Below, piece by piece: positions 9,133 to 20,000 of a stretch of DNA of 64,000 nt (the stretch's first letter is position 1; every line of letters begins with the position of its first letter). The translations under genes were made by a program, and so were the position numbers. The stretch covers positions 23,178-87,177 of the forward strand of contig CAIJZI010000007.1 of the NCBI GenBank assembly GCA_903825105.1. Direction: 5' to 3'. This DNA is from an uncultured bacterium. GTDB taxonomy: Bacteria; Patescibacteriota; Minisyncoccia; Phycocordibacterales; Phycocordibacteraceae. The notes under the pieces were generated by a model. It ran no database searches. It was not told the DNA's origin and worked only from the letters and a program-made list of their open reading frames with translations.

Positions 9133-9846
9133 ATGAATAAAGCTGAGGAGCCCGAGGCGTATACAATCGGCTGGCAACCATTTCTCGGATTAAAAATTTA
9201 TTTGGATTCAAAGCCTTTAATCCCCCGCCCAGAAACGGAGTGGTGGAGCGAATGTTTAATAAGCGAGGCGGCGGAAAAATTTTCGGTAGTAAGACTTGGC
9301 CGAGCGGCCCGGAGCGCTACCGAAAATTCTTTCGCCAACGAGCGACCCAGATTCCTCGATCTCTGCGCAGGATCAGGCGCGATTGGCTGTGCAGCACTCA
9401 AAACACTTCCATATATGGAAGTATTTTTTGGCGAGATCGACCCCGCACATGAAAAAACTATTTTAAAAAATATTGCAGAAAATAATTTAGATACTTCGCG
9501 CTCGCATATTTGCATCGGCGACCTATTCCAGCCATTTGAAAATATAAAGTTTGATGTTATCGCCGCCAACCCTCCCTACATCCCCGAAGACCGCGAGCTT
9601 CCTTCAAGCGTCGCCGACTACGAGCCTGCGCTCGCTCTTCGCGCAGGCAGCGACGGCCTCGCTCTTATTCGCCGCATCGCCACTTCCTTAAGGTTTCACC
9701 TTACTCCAAATGGCGTCGCGTGGATCGAGTGCGACTCTGCACATACAGAAGCCGCCCGTGCATTATTTATCGCTGAAGGCTTTGCTGCAGAGATTAAAAA
9801 TGATCACTATGGCGTTCCGCGCATCATTGTAGCTCGCCACGCTTAG
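9133..9846 (+). CDS. prmC: release factor glutamine N5-methyltransferase PrmC/HemK, carrying an in-frame palindromic-element insertion
   Basis: LIPRPETE and NPPY (IAANPPYIP) motifs, SAM-binding LDLCAGSGAIG; ~20-aa insertion KFSVVRLGRAARSATENSFA relative to E. coli HemK. Confidence 0.75.
   Translation: MNKAEEPEAYTIGWQPFLGLKIYLDSKPLIPRPETEWWSECLISEAAEKFSVVRLGRAARSATENSFANERPRFLDLCAGSGAIGCAALKTLPYMEVFFGEIDPAHEKTILKNIAENNLDTSRSHICIGDLFQPFENIKFDVIAANPPYIPEDRELPSSVADYEPALALRAGSDGLALIRRIATSLRFHLTPNGVAWIECDSAHTEAARALFIAEGFAAEIKNDHYGVPRIIVARHA
9275..9332. repeat. palindromic element family B inserted in-frame inside prmC
   Basis: AAAATTTTCGGTAG..TAAGACTTGGCCGAGCGGCCCGGAGCG..CTACCGAAAATT; 14-bp inverted arms; core shared with 6989-7053. 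Confidence 0.6.
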
Positions 9847-9864
9847 GCACGGTATAATGAGCAG

Positions 9865-11091
9865 ATGACTGAGCCACTTTCGACCGACCCGTATAAAGGC
9901 GTCCGCGACTTTTATCCTAGCGATTATGCACGAATGAACGCGATGTTCGCGCGCATCCGCGAGACATTATTTAAGTGGGGTTATGAAGAATACAACGCAT
10001 CGCCCTTGGAACGCGCCGAGATCTACGAAGCGAAGACTTCAGAAGAAATCGTGAATGAGCAGACCTATACTTTCACCGACCGCGGAGAACGCCGCGTGAC
10101 GCTGCGCCCCGAGATGACACCAACCCTCGCGAGAATGGTCTCGGCGAAGCGCCGCGAGCTCGCCTTCCCGCTCCGCTGGTTCTCTATCGGCAATCGCTTC
10201 CGCTATGAGCGTCCACAAAAAGGCAGGCTGCGAGAGTTTTACCAAACCGACATCGACCTTATCGGCCTCCCTGAAGGCGAAGCAGATCTTGAGATTATTA
10301 AAATCGCTTCAGAAATTTTGAAATCTTTTGGTGCTAAAGAAAGTGACTTTATCATTCGCATCAATTCGCGTTCTCTCTTAAACGAAGCGTGTCGCGAGGC
10401 CGGGCTCACGAGTGACGGTGTGCGCCAGTACCTCCGTCTCCTCGATAAAAAAGCGAAAATAACGGTGGAAGAATTTAAAGAAGCACTCGCCGCGATTACT
10501 ACCAAAGATCCGCTCTCTCTTATTCAGACGGAAAAGATGGACGCATTTCTCGCGACTCTCAAAGAACGCGGCGTTATGAATGCGACCTTTGACGCTGGTA
10601 TCACGCGCGGGTTTGATTATTACACCGGGATGGTTTTTGAAATATATGATACAAACCCGACGAATCCGCGCGCACTCTTCGGCGGCGGTCGCTACGACGG
10701 GCTTGTCGCCCTCTTCGGCGGCGACCCGATCCCTGCAGTTGGGTTCGCGCTCGGTGATGTGACGCTTGCCGACTTCCTCGAGACGCACAATCTTGTACCG
10801 AAGTCAGACTTCGGTAAACCGAAACTCTATATCGGTACCCCGTCGGTAGATACGATTCCTGCGGCACAAACATTCGCTAACACACTCCGCGAACAGGGCG
10901 TGTGCGTCTTCGTTAATCTCACGAGCCGCGGGCTCGGCGACCAGATTAAAGATGCGGTGAAGCGCGACATTCCCTTCTTCCTCGCGTACGGCGCTGATGA
11001 AGAAAAAAATAAAACGGTAAAGATGAAAGTGCTCGCGACGGGTGAAGAAAAAAATATCCCTGTTTCTGAAATCATAAGCGTTATCAAATAA
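9865..11091 (+). CDS. hisS: histidyl-tRNA synthetase
   Basis: class II motifs; LRPEMTP, GGRYDGL; length 408 aa. Confidence 0.9.
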   Translation: MTEPLSTDPYKGVRDFYPSDYARMNAMFARIRETLFKWGYEEYNASPLERAEIYEAKTSEEIVNEQTYTFTDRGERRVTLRPEMTPTLARMVSAKRRELAFPLRWFSIGNRFRYERPQKGRLREFYQTDIDLIGLPEGEADLEIIKIASEILKSFGAKESDFIIRINSRSLLNEACREAGLTSDGVRQYLRLLDKKAKITVEEFKEALAAITTKDPLSLIQTEKMDAFLATLKERGVMNATFDAGITRGFDYYTGMVFEIYDTNPTNPRALFGGGRYDGLVALFGGDPIPAVGFALGDVTLADFLETHNLVPKSDFGKPKLYIGTPSVDTIPAAQTFANTLREQGVCVFVNLTSRGLGDQIKDAVKRDIPFFLAYGADEEKNKTVKMKVLATGEEKNIPVSEIISVIK

Positions 11092-11092
11092 T

Positions 11093-11677
11093 ATGCGCGT
11101 CATTACCTTCGATATTGAATCTATTTCTGACTCGGTGGTGCGCGGGCATATCGATGTACGCGAACAAGAACTCACCGTCGTCGCGATTCACGATTCTGAA
11201 ACAGGAGAATATTCTGCCTATTTTAAAGATGAGCTACCTCAGCTCTGGCCGATTATCGAGCGCGCCGATATGCTCGTCGGATTCAATTCTGACTCATTCG
11301 ATATTCCGCTTCTGAATCGCTATTATCCCGGAGACTTGTCGAGTATTCGTTCACTCGACCTCTTAAGCGAAGTACAAAAAGCGCTCGGTCGCCGTATCCG
11401 CCTCCAGTCAATCGCCGAGGGCACTTTGGGTAAAAGTAAGTCAGGCGACGGGCTCACCGCAGGAGAATGGTGGAAGAGTGGCGACCGAGAAAAGGTGCGA
11501 GAATATTGTATCGACGATGTGCGCATCACGAGAGCAATTTATGAATACGCGCTCAAAAATGGCGTATTAAAATATAAAGACCTGCGCGATATCCGCGATA
11601 TTAAAATAGACACCTCGAGCTGGAGCGCCGAGCCAGAACAAAAACCGGCGGTTATGACACACGCACTTCAATTATGA
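11093..11677 (+). CDS. DEDD-family 3'-5' exonuclease
   Basis: Exo I FDIES, Exo II FNSDSFDIPLL, Exo III YCIDDVRITRAIYEY. Confidence 0.6.
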   Translation: MRVITFDIESISDSVVRGHIDVREQELTVVAIHDSETGEYSAYFKDELPQLWPIIERADMLVGFNSDSFDIPLLNRYYPGDLSSIRSLDLLSEVQKALGRRIRLQSIAEGTLGKSKSGDGLTAGEWWKSGDREKVREYCIDDVRITRAIYEYALKNGVLKYKDLRDIRDIKIDTSSWSAEPEQKPAVMTHALQL

Positions 11678-12363
11678 AAACTTCATTCACTGTCCCTATC
11701 GCTATTATTATCGGAGGCATTGTTGTCGCTGGATCAGTTTATTTTTCAATAAAAAAATCGGTCTTCCCGATTTCAAATAATGGGAACCCTGCACTTGTGC
11801 GCCCAGTGAGCGCAAATGATCATCTCCTCGGCAACCCAGCAGCGCCCGTCGTCGTGGTTGAGTATGCAGACTTTGACTGTGAATTTTGTAAAAACTTCAG
11901 CGACACGATGAACCAGATAATCGCGAATGAAGGAGCGAACGGACGAGTCGCTTGGGTCTATCGCGAATTCCCTCTTATCGAGATCCATCCAAACGCCTTC
12001 TCGAGCGCAGAAGCCGCAGAGTGCGCTGCGAAGACTGCGGGGAATGACGCGTTCTGGAAATTTGCTGATGCCCTATTCGCCAGCCAACCAGCCGACCCTT
12101 CGCAGTATGGAACGCTCGCTGCTTCAGCAGGAATCAGGGGCAACGATTTCGCCACCTGTTTTGAAAACGCATCAACAACAGTCGCCACACGCATCAACGC
12201 TGATCGACAAAACGCCCTCGCTTCTGGCGCCGTCGGCACGCCATATTCACTCATTCTCGTAAACGGCCAAACACCTGTCGTAATGACCGGTGCGTATTCT
12301 TATGATGCAGTGAAGCAACTTATTGATCAGGCGCTCGCGACGGTAAACGAAAACGGTAAGTAA
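11674..12363 (+). CDS. DsbA-family thiol:disulfide oxidoreductase, membrane-anchored
   Basis: N-terminal TM, thioredoxin CxxC active site (DCEFCK). Confidence 0.7.
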   Translation: MKTSFTVPIAIIIGGIVVAGSVYFSIKKSVFPISNNGNPALVRPVSANDHLLGNPAAPVVVVEYADFDCEFCKNFSDTMNQIIANEGANGRVAWVYREFPLIEIHPNAFSSAEAAECAAKTAGNDAFWKFADALFASQPADPSQYGTLAASAGIRGNDFATCFENASTTVATRINADRQNALASGAVGTPYSLILVNGQTPVVMTGAYSYDAVKQLIDQALATVNENGK

Positions 12364-12448
12364 TTTTCGGGACTCCACGGCGCGAGGACTGAACAATTTT
12401 TCAGCAGAAAAATTGTGTGCCCGAAAATTACTTACCGCTTTCGTCATC
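12345..12448. repeat. long palindromic element (family B-related) spanning the convergent 3' ends of two genes and supplying both stop codons
   Basis: ACGAAA[AG]CGGTAAGTAATTTTCGGG on both strands (24/25 nt) encodes ..NGK* for dsbA-like and ..SGK* for the nuclease; centre ACGGCGCGAGG..AATTTTTCAGCAGAAAAATT shared with dnaE insertion. Confidence 0.6.
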
Positions 12449-13291
12449 GATTAATCCGAGTCGATAAATATCAAAAGAGTTTTCGCCTTCGAACATATCG
12501 GAGGGATTGGGCAGGAAAATGCGCTGGCGAGAGATCTCTGCTGTCGCATCGTTAATCAAACGCTCGAAGACTTTAAAATCTTCGGCACATTTTTTAAAAT
12601 CAATTTCATATTTTCGAAGCTGTTTCTTCCCATCGCTATTCTTCGTCTTTTTACATTCGTAGACAATAAACTTCCGCACCGGCTTCTCGAAGAGTGCGCT
12701 CACGGTGTAATAATTAAACACCGCCTGCATAATAAAAAGCGTTTTTGTCGCACCGCCCTTACTAAAAGCGGCGACAAATTTATGATCGACAATATCGACT
12801 GCGCCCTTCTCGCTTCGCGACTCGACGACAAGATCTGAAATCGCTTTAATCGGCAGGTCGAGCCCTCGAACGGCGACCGTGCCTTTTACTTCAACACCAA
12901 GCACCTTATGCCGCGGGGGCTTGGCGAGATAAAATGAAATCACTTGAAGATAGTCCTTTTCCATCGAAGCTCTTTTTTCTTTTTTTGCTGCGCGCGTTTT
13001 GGCTCGGCCAAAATCGATATCAGAATCAGAAATCGCGCGGATATAGTCGAGCCCTTTATTAATTGAACCTTCTTTTTTTTCTTTGTACTTCGCAGCGTTA
13101 GCTGCATATGAATTTCTGTAAAAGTTTTCAAGTGCCAAATGCCCCGCGCTGCCGACAATCGACGCTGGCGTTCTAGGTGTGTCATAAATCTTCTCGACAT
13201 AGCGCTTATGCCACGCAAGCGGATTGCGTAAAAATGCCATTAAACTCGAATGGCTCCAGTACTTTATTGGTGGTTTCCTTTTCCCTGTCAT
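12428..13291 (-). CDS. PD-(D/E)XK (RecB/Cas4-like fold) nuclease-family protein, no Fe-S cysteines
   Basis: ..DLVVESRSEKGAVDIVDHKF.. fits D..(D/E)xK core; family assignment tentative. Confidence 0.4.
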   Translation of the reverse strand: MTGKRKPPIKYWSHSSLMAFLRNPLAWHKRYVEKIYDTPRTPASIVGSAGHLALENFYRNSYAANAAKYKEKKEGSINKGLDYIRAISDSDIDFGRAKTRAAKKEKRASMEKDYLQVISFYLAKPPRHKVLGVEVKGTVAVRGLDLPIKAISDLVVESRSEKGAVDIVDHKFVAAFSKGGATKTLFIMQAVFNYYTVSALFEKPVRKFIVYECKKTKNSDGKKQLRKYEIDFKKCAEDFKVFERLINDATAEISRQRIFLPNPSDMFEGENSFDIYRLGLIDDESGK

Positions 13292-13314
13292 CCGTACAGT
13301 ATAGCAACGCAAAA

Positions 13315-13365
13315 GTAGCAAGGGTAACCCTTACTACTTTTCACTTGGAAGTCGGACTTCCAAGT
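13315..13365 (-). terminator. twin hairpins downstream of rpoD: CTTGGAAG..CTTCCAAG hairpin plus GGTAACC-loop hairpin
   Basis: ACTTGGAAGTCGGACTTCCAAGT (13343-13365, abuts rpoD stop) and GTAGCAAGGGTAACCCTTACTAC (13315-13337). Confidence 0.55.
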
Positions 13366-14619
<1,254 letters not shown>

Positions 14620-14638
14620 TTTTAAATGTATGAAATTA

Positions 14639-16324
14639 TTACATTAGTGAAAAAGATGCGAGACGCGCAGAAATTTTCGCGCACTCGGCTTGTGCATTTT
14701 TAATCGCTTCAGAGTCTCCAAGAGCTTCAATTCGGCGTAAGTGTAGAACAGCCTCTTGATACCTCTCGCGAATGACTGTTTCTTCAAAAGCATGAAGAAG
14801 CTCGTCCGCCACATCTTCGTTCGGTTTTTCTCCGAACATTTGTTCAGCGTTAAAGAGCGCTGGCTCTGGAGGTATCCCAGCCGGAAATGACTGGTCCCCA
14901 ATAATTCGACAATACTCCGTTTTGACACGATTGGCAAGTGGTGTCCCCGGGTAAGCATACACCACCGAGAGTAGCTGTTCTGCACGAATATCTCGAGGCA
15001 TCCTTTTATCAGACTTCTCCGCACTATGTGTAGTACGGCTGGCAGGGTCAGGCTGTTTCGCGACCCTTTTCAACGATTCTTTAATCGTCTCATTCGAGAG
15101 GCCGAGCGAGCGCGCGGTAATTTGGGTAAAATGCTCGCGCTCCATCGGGCTCTGCATCGCGGCGATAAGCGGCAGGACGATTCTCTCTGCAGCCGAAACG
15201 AGGCGGTGAGGATCGCGCTCCCTCTCGCTAAGCGAGGCGAGGAAAAAATCGACAATGGGCTTCGCGGCGACAACACATTTTGAAAATTCCTTCGGATCTT
15301 CGGTAATTAAATCAGCCGGGTCCTTCCCGCTAGTGAGTCGCGCAGCCTTTACCTTAAGCCCAGCAGACAAAGCGAGCATCGCGGAGCGCGCGGTCGCGGT
15401 GAGCCCCGCAGTGTCGGAGTCGAGCACGAGCATAAGATTATCGCTGTAGCGCTTGATAAGCGTGATGTGCCTTTCAGAAAGTGCCGTACCGGACAAGGCA
15501 ATAGTGTTTTCAAATCCTGTTTGGTGCGCGAGGAGCGCGTCCATTTGACCTTCAACGAGGAGTGCGAATTTACGCACGCGCATCGCGTCCTTCGCGCGGT
15601 CGATACCAAAAAGAATTTCTGACTTGTGGTAGAGATCAGTCTCGGGGCTGTTGAGATATTTTGCTTCGTCATCGGGAGAAAGGGCGCGGCCGGTAAAGGC
15701 TACGACCTTTCCAGAGCTGTCGCATATCGGGAACATGAGGCGATTACGAAATCGATCATAAAAAGTCCCTTGCTTCCCGTCTGCTTCTTTGATGAGCCCT
15801 GCGGCGAGCAATTCTTGAGTCGTGAAGCCGAGCATCGCCATCGCCTCGAGAAGCGAGCGCCACGCGTCAGGCGCGAAGCCGAGCCGCCATGAAGAAATCG
15901 ACTCTTCACTTAATCCGCGACTCTTCGCATAGTCGAATGCAGGACTATTTTTAATCTTTTCTGCATACCACTCGCTCGCTTTATTCATCAATTCGCGTAA
16001 GCGCTCTTTCCTCGACTGCGCTTCAGTATCGACACTCCCCGAATATTCTATTTTAACGCCCGCTTTTTCTGCGAGAATTTTTAACGCACCCTTGAAGTCG
16101 ACACCTTCGATCTTTTCTATAAAAGAGAATCCGTCGCCGCCGACTCCACAGCCGAAGCAGTGCCAAGTCCCGCGCTCGGGGCTGACATGAAATGATGGCG
16201 TCTTCTCTTTGTGGAATGGACACAATCCGCGAAGCGACCTTCCGGCTTTTGTAAGCTTCACATAGCCGCCAACGATGTCCTGAATCTCGAGGCGGTCTTT
16301 AATCTGTTGTACCGTGTCTGACAT
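14639..16324 (-). CDS. dnaG: DNA primase
   Basis: CHC2 zinc finger ([20 protein letters not shown]), TOPRIM domain; upstream of rpoD (MMS operon order). Confidence 0.9.
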   Translation of the reverse strand: MSDTVQQIKDRLEIQDIVGGYVKLTKAGRSLRGLCPFHKEKTPSFHVSPERGTWHCFGCGVGGDGFSFIEKIEGVDFKGALKILAEKAGVKIEYSGSVDTEAQSRKERLRELMNKASEWYAEKIKNSPAFDYAKSRGLSEESISSWRLGFAPDAWRSLLEAMAMLGFTTQELLAAGLIKEADGKQGTFYDRFRNRLMFPICDSSGKVVAFTGRALSPDDEAKYLNSPETDLYHKSEILFGIDRAKDAMRVRKFALLVEGQMDALLAHQTGFENTIALSGTALSERHITLIKRYSDNLMLVLDSDTAGLTATARSAMLALSAGLKVKAARLTSGKDPADLITEDPKEFSKCVVAAKPIVDFFLASLSERERDPHRLVSAAERIVLPLIAAMQSPMEREHFTQITARSLGLSNETIKESLKRVAKQPDPASRTTHSAEKSDKRMPRDIRAEQLLSVVYAYPGTPLANRVKTEYCRIIGDQSFPAGIPPEPALFNAEQMFGEKPNEDVADELLHAFEETVIRERYQEAVLHLRRIEALGDSEAIKNAQAECAKISARLASFSLM

Positions 16325-16467
16325 CTTTCAATTCTACCTCGCTTTTCGCGAGCTTGACAAATAAGGTGGAGTATGCTAACCTATCAAAGGTGAATTCACA
16401 ACAACACACACAACACCTCCAAGGAGGTCGAGTGCCGAGGTGGCGATACTTCGCCAGGAGAATTTTC

Positions 16468-16629
16468 ATGAAAAAGTCAACGAAGCTTTTCCTTGTAAGT
16501 GCGGTTCTTTTCTTGATCGGCGCGGTGATGCTCGCGAAAGATCACACTGTAGGGTTAGGATCCCTTCTCGGGCTCATAGGGATTCTGAATCTGGTAGTCG
16601 GAATCATAGAACTCCGGCAGCACAACTAA
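16468..16629 (+). CDS. small 2-TM membrane protein (53 aa)
   Basis: AGGAG SD 7 nt upstream of ATG; hydrophobic helices; followed by terminator. Confidence 0.35.
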   Translation: MKKSTKLFLVSAVLFLIGAVMLAKDHTVGLGSLLGLIGILNLVVGIIELRQHN

Positions 16630-16631
16630 CA

Positions 16632-16676
16632 CAAACCCGGCGCGAGCTCTAGCAGCTCGCGCCGATTCTTTTTTAT
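16632..16676 (+). terminator. rho-independent terminator
   Basis: GGCGCGAGCT-CTAGC-AGCTCGCGCC then GATTCTTTTTTAT. Confidence 0.7.
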
Positions 16677-16771
16677 GTTGGACATCGGAAGTCCAACACA
16701 TTTAGGCGTGCGGTTGACAGTGGCGAATATTTATACTAATCTCAATTTGGATAGATTTTTGCGAGGTGCTT

Positions 16772-16945
16772 ATGTTCTCAAAAATAGGGATGGTTGTCTC
16801 CATTTTGACGCTTCTGTGGGGACTCTGGCGCACATGGATGGGCATGGAATTCAGTGAAATTCATGTCATTGTCCTAGTCGTCGCTGGTTTTTTGTTCATC
16901 ATTTCACTCTTCGCGCGGCTCAAGGCGAGCACAGACGAAGAGTAA
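16772..16945 (+). CDS. possible small 2-TM membrane protein (57 aa)
   Basis: TTGACA -35-like box at 16716; hydrophobic; followed by bidirectional terminators. Confidence 0.25.
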   Translation: MFSKIGMVVSILTLLWGLWRTWMGMEFSEIHVIVLVVAGFLFIISLFARLKASTDEE

Positions 16946-16951
16946 AACCAA

Positions 16952-17022
16952 AACGGCGCGAGGTAACCCTCGCGCCGTTTCTCTTTTGACTTGGAGGTCC
17001 GACCTCCAAGTTTTTTGTTTTT
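16952..17022. terminator. bidirectional twin terminator hairpins (GGTAACC-loop and CTTGGAGG..CCTCCAAG) between small ORF and rpoC
   Basis: AACGGCGCGAGG-TAA-CCCTCGCGCCGTT and CTTGGAGGTCCGACCTCCAAG followed by TTTTTTGTTTTT. Confidence 0.65.
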
Positions 17023-20000
17023 ATAATGAACGCGGTGTGCGCGTGTTGTAGTTCTGTCGCGCAGACGATTCTATCACCGGCTGTTCTGCTTGAAGTTTCG
17101 CGATCATCGCATGCTTCTTGCTCCCCGCGAAGCCTGTTCCTGAAGGGATCAATCGCCCGAGAATAATATTCTCTTTAAGCCCGCGCAGACGATCCACACT
17201 GCCGCGAAGTGCCGCGTTGATGAGAATCTTCGTTGTCTGTTCGAATGACGCAGCCGAGAGGAACGAACGGCGCGAGAGCGCACTCTCTTTAATACCGAGG
17301 ACGATATCGTGTGCCGAGGGCGCGATCTTATTCGCTGCTTCCATCTCTGCTACCGCCTTTCCAAATTCCCAATCTTCGACAACATCGCCGACTGAATATT
17401 CGGTGTCGCCCGGATCAGTGATCTTCATACGCGAGAACATCTGCTTCACGATAACTTCGAAGTGCTTTCTAGACACATGAGCGCCCTGGAGTTCATAAAT
17501 CTTCGAGCCTTCGCCGATGATATATTCCTGAACCGCTTCGCGCGTTGCATATTCGAAGAGTTCATCGAGATCTGCTGAACCGTCGGTAAGAATCTGACCC
17601 TTCGAGACGAGGTCACCCTCCTTCACCAGCGCGACGCGTGGATACGGCGCGAGATATTCGTACGAAGAACCATCCTTCTTGCCCTGCCCTTCTTTCGGAG
17701 CGACAACGATAACCTTCTCGCGACCTGACTCTTTTATTTCAGACACAATGCCATCTGACTTCGAGACAACAGCCGGATTCTTCGGTGAACGCTTTTCGAA
17801 GACTTCTTCAACGCGCGGGAGTCCGCCCGTGATGTCTCCACCAACAGAGGCGACGCCTCCGGTGTGGAAGGTGCGGAGCGTGAGCTGTGTGCCCGGTTCA
17901 CCGATCGCTTGTGCAGCGACGGTACCAACGGCTTCACCGAGATCAACCATCTCTTGTGTGGTGAGGTCGACACCGTAGCAGGTCTGACAGATGCCGTAGC
18001 GTGTTTCGCAGGACATCGGCGAGCGCGCGACAATCGACATTACTGGTGAAGCGGCAATGGTATCTGCATCAAGTGCAGAAATATAATGCCCCTTCTTAAA
18101 GAGAACGACCCCGTCCGTATCTGCTACATCTTCGGCGAGAACGCGACCACGAATCGCTTCTGCATAATCGATTTTAATTCCTGATGCGCTGATGCGATTA
18201 ATCTTCACCCCGCGCTTCGTCTTACAATCTTTTTCAGTAATAATTGAGTCCTGCGCAACATCGAAGAGTCGGCGAGTGAGGTAACCCGCCTTCGCTGTGC
18301 CGAGCGCAGTGTCAGCGAGACCCTTTCTCGAGCCGTGCGTTGACATGAAGTATTCAATCGAATTAAGTCCTTCGACAAGCGAAGAAAGAATTGGGACTTC
18401 GATCGTTTCTCCAACGGTGTTCTGCATGAGGCCCTTCATACCTGCCATCTGATTAATCTGCCCGAGAGAACCGCGAGCGCCCGAGGTGATCATGTCAGCT
18501 ACTGAACCCATAGGATTAAGTCCTTCGACAACGAGCTGCTGGATTTCTTGGTTCACACCCTGCCAGATTTCTATCGCCATTCGACGCTTCTCTTCTACCG
18601 AGAGCAATCCTTCTTGGTAATCACTTTCAATCTTAGCTATTTTTTCTGCTGCCACTTCTATAACCTTCGCCTTTTTCTCTGGCACAAGCATGTCGTCGAT
18701 TGCCCACGAGACGCCTGACTTCGTCGCATATTCGAAACCGAAACGCTTCACTTTATTTACAATTGCTGGTACCGAGTCAAGCCCGTAGAGCACGATACAT
18801 TCATCAACGACTCGAGCGAGAACCTTCTTCGTAATCGTTTCGTTAATAAATGGATAATCTTTCGGCAAGACGGTGTTGAAGAGGAGACGACCGACAGTTG
18901 TCTCAAATGGACGGCCATCAAATTTCTCATATTTCTTTTTACCTGCGATAGGCAAGACTTTAATCTTCGCGCGCATATCGATAGCGCCATATTCGGAGGT
19001 GAGAATCGCGGCATTTGGCGAGGCGAAATATTCTCCTTCTCCCTTTGTCTTTTCAGCAACCTTGGTGAGCCAATACACGCCGAGAATAATATCGAGCGGC
19101 TTTCCGGTGAGCACGATCGTGTCGCCCGAGCCCGGCTTCAAGATGTTCTTATTCGCACTCATAATGTTCGCGGCTTCCCACTGTGCTTCTTCAGAGAGCG
19201 GTACATGAACTGCCATTTGGTCACCGTCGAAGTCTGCGTTGAAAGCGTTACAAACGAGCGGGTGCAACTGAATCGCATCTCCTTCAATAAGACGCGGATG
19301 GAATGCTTGAATACCCTGGCGGTGAAGCGTTGGTGCGCGGTTGAGGAGCACATGTTTATCCGCGATAACTTCTTCGAGAATTTCCCAGACTTCTGGCACA
19401 CCGTCGTCAATGAGGCGACCGGCGCCACGGATGTTGAAGGCGAGTTCGCGCTTCAAGAGTCCAGCGATAACGAATGGGCGGAAGAGTTCGAGCGCCATAT
19501 GCTTCGGCAGACCACATTCATTGAGCTCGAGATTCGGGCCGATAACAATAACCGAGCGGCCTGAATAATCGACGCGCTTACCGAGAAGGTTCTGGCGGAA
19601 ATACCCCTGCTTACCCTTAAGATAATCAGCGAGCGACTTGAGCGGTCGGCGCTGGGCGAGCGTTATCGCGCCAGCAGAAGCGCCACTCTTCCTAATTGAA
19701 TTGTCGAGAAGCGCATCAACGGCTTCTTGGAGAATTCTTTTTTCATTTCGAAGAATAACTTCAGGTGCGTGGATGTCGATGAGTTTCTTCAAACGATTAT
19801 TACGATTGATGACACGGCGATAAAGGTCGTTCACATCTGAGGTCGCGTGGCGGCCACCTTCGAGCGCGACCATTGGGCGGAGCGCTGGTGGGATAACCGG
19901 AATGCGCGTGAGGAAGAGCCACTCTGGACGGATGTTTGCCGCGATGAGCCCGGCAATAAGCGAGAGACGCTTCGCGATTTTTTCTTTTTCTGCCGTTCCT

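Noticed and set aside
9288-9312. TGGCCGAGCGG inside the prmC element matching the tRNA-Ser/Leu D-arm, suggesting a tRNA pseudogene
   Set aside because: Only ~11 nt match and there is no acceptor or T-arm. Coincidence or ancient fragment cannot be distinguished, so it is not called as a tRNA.
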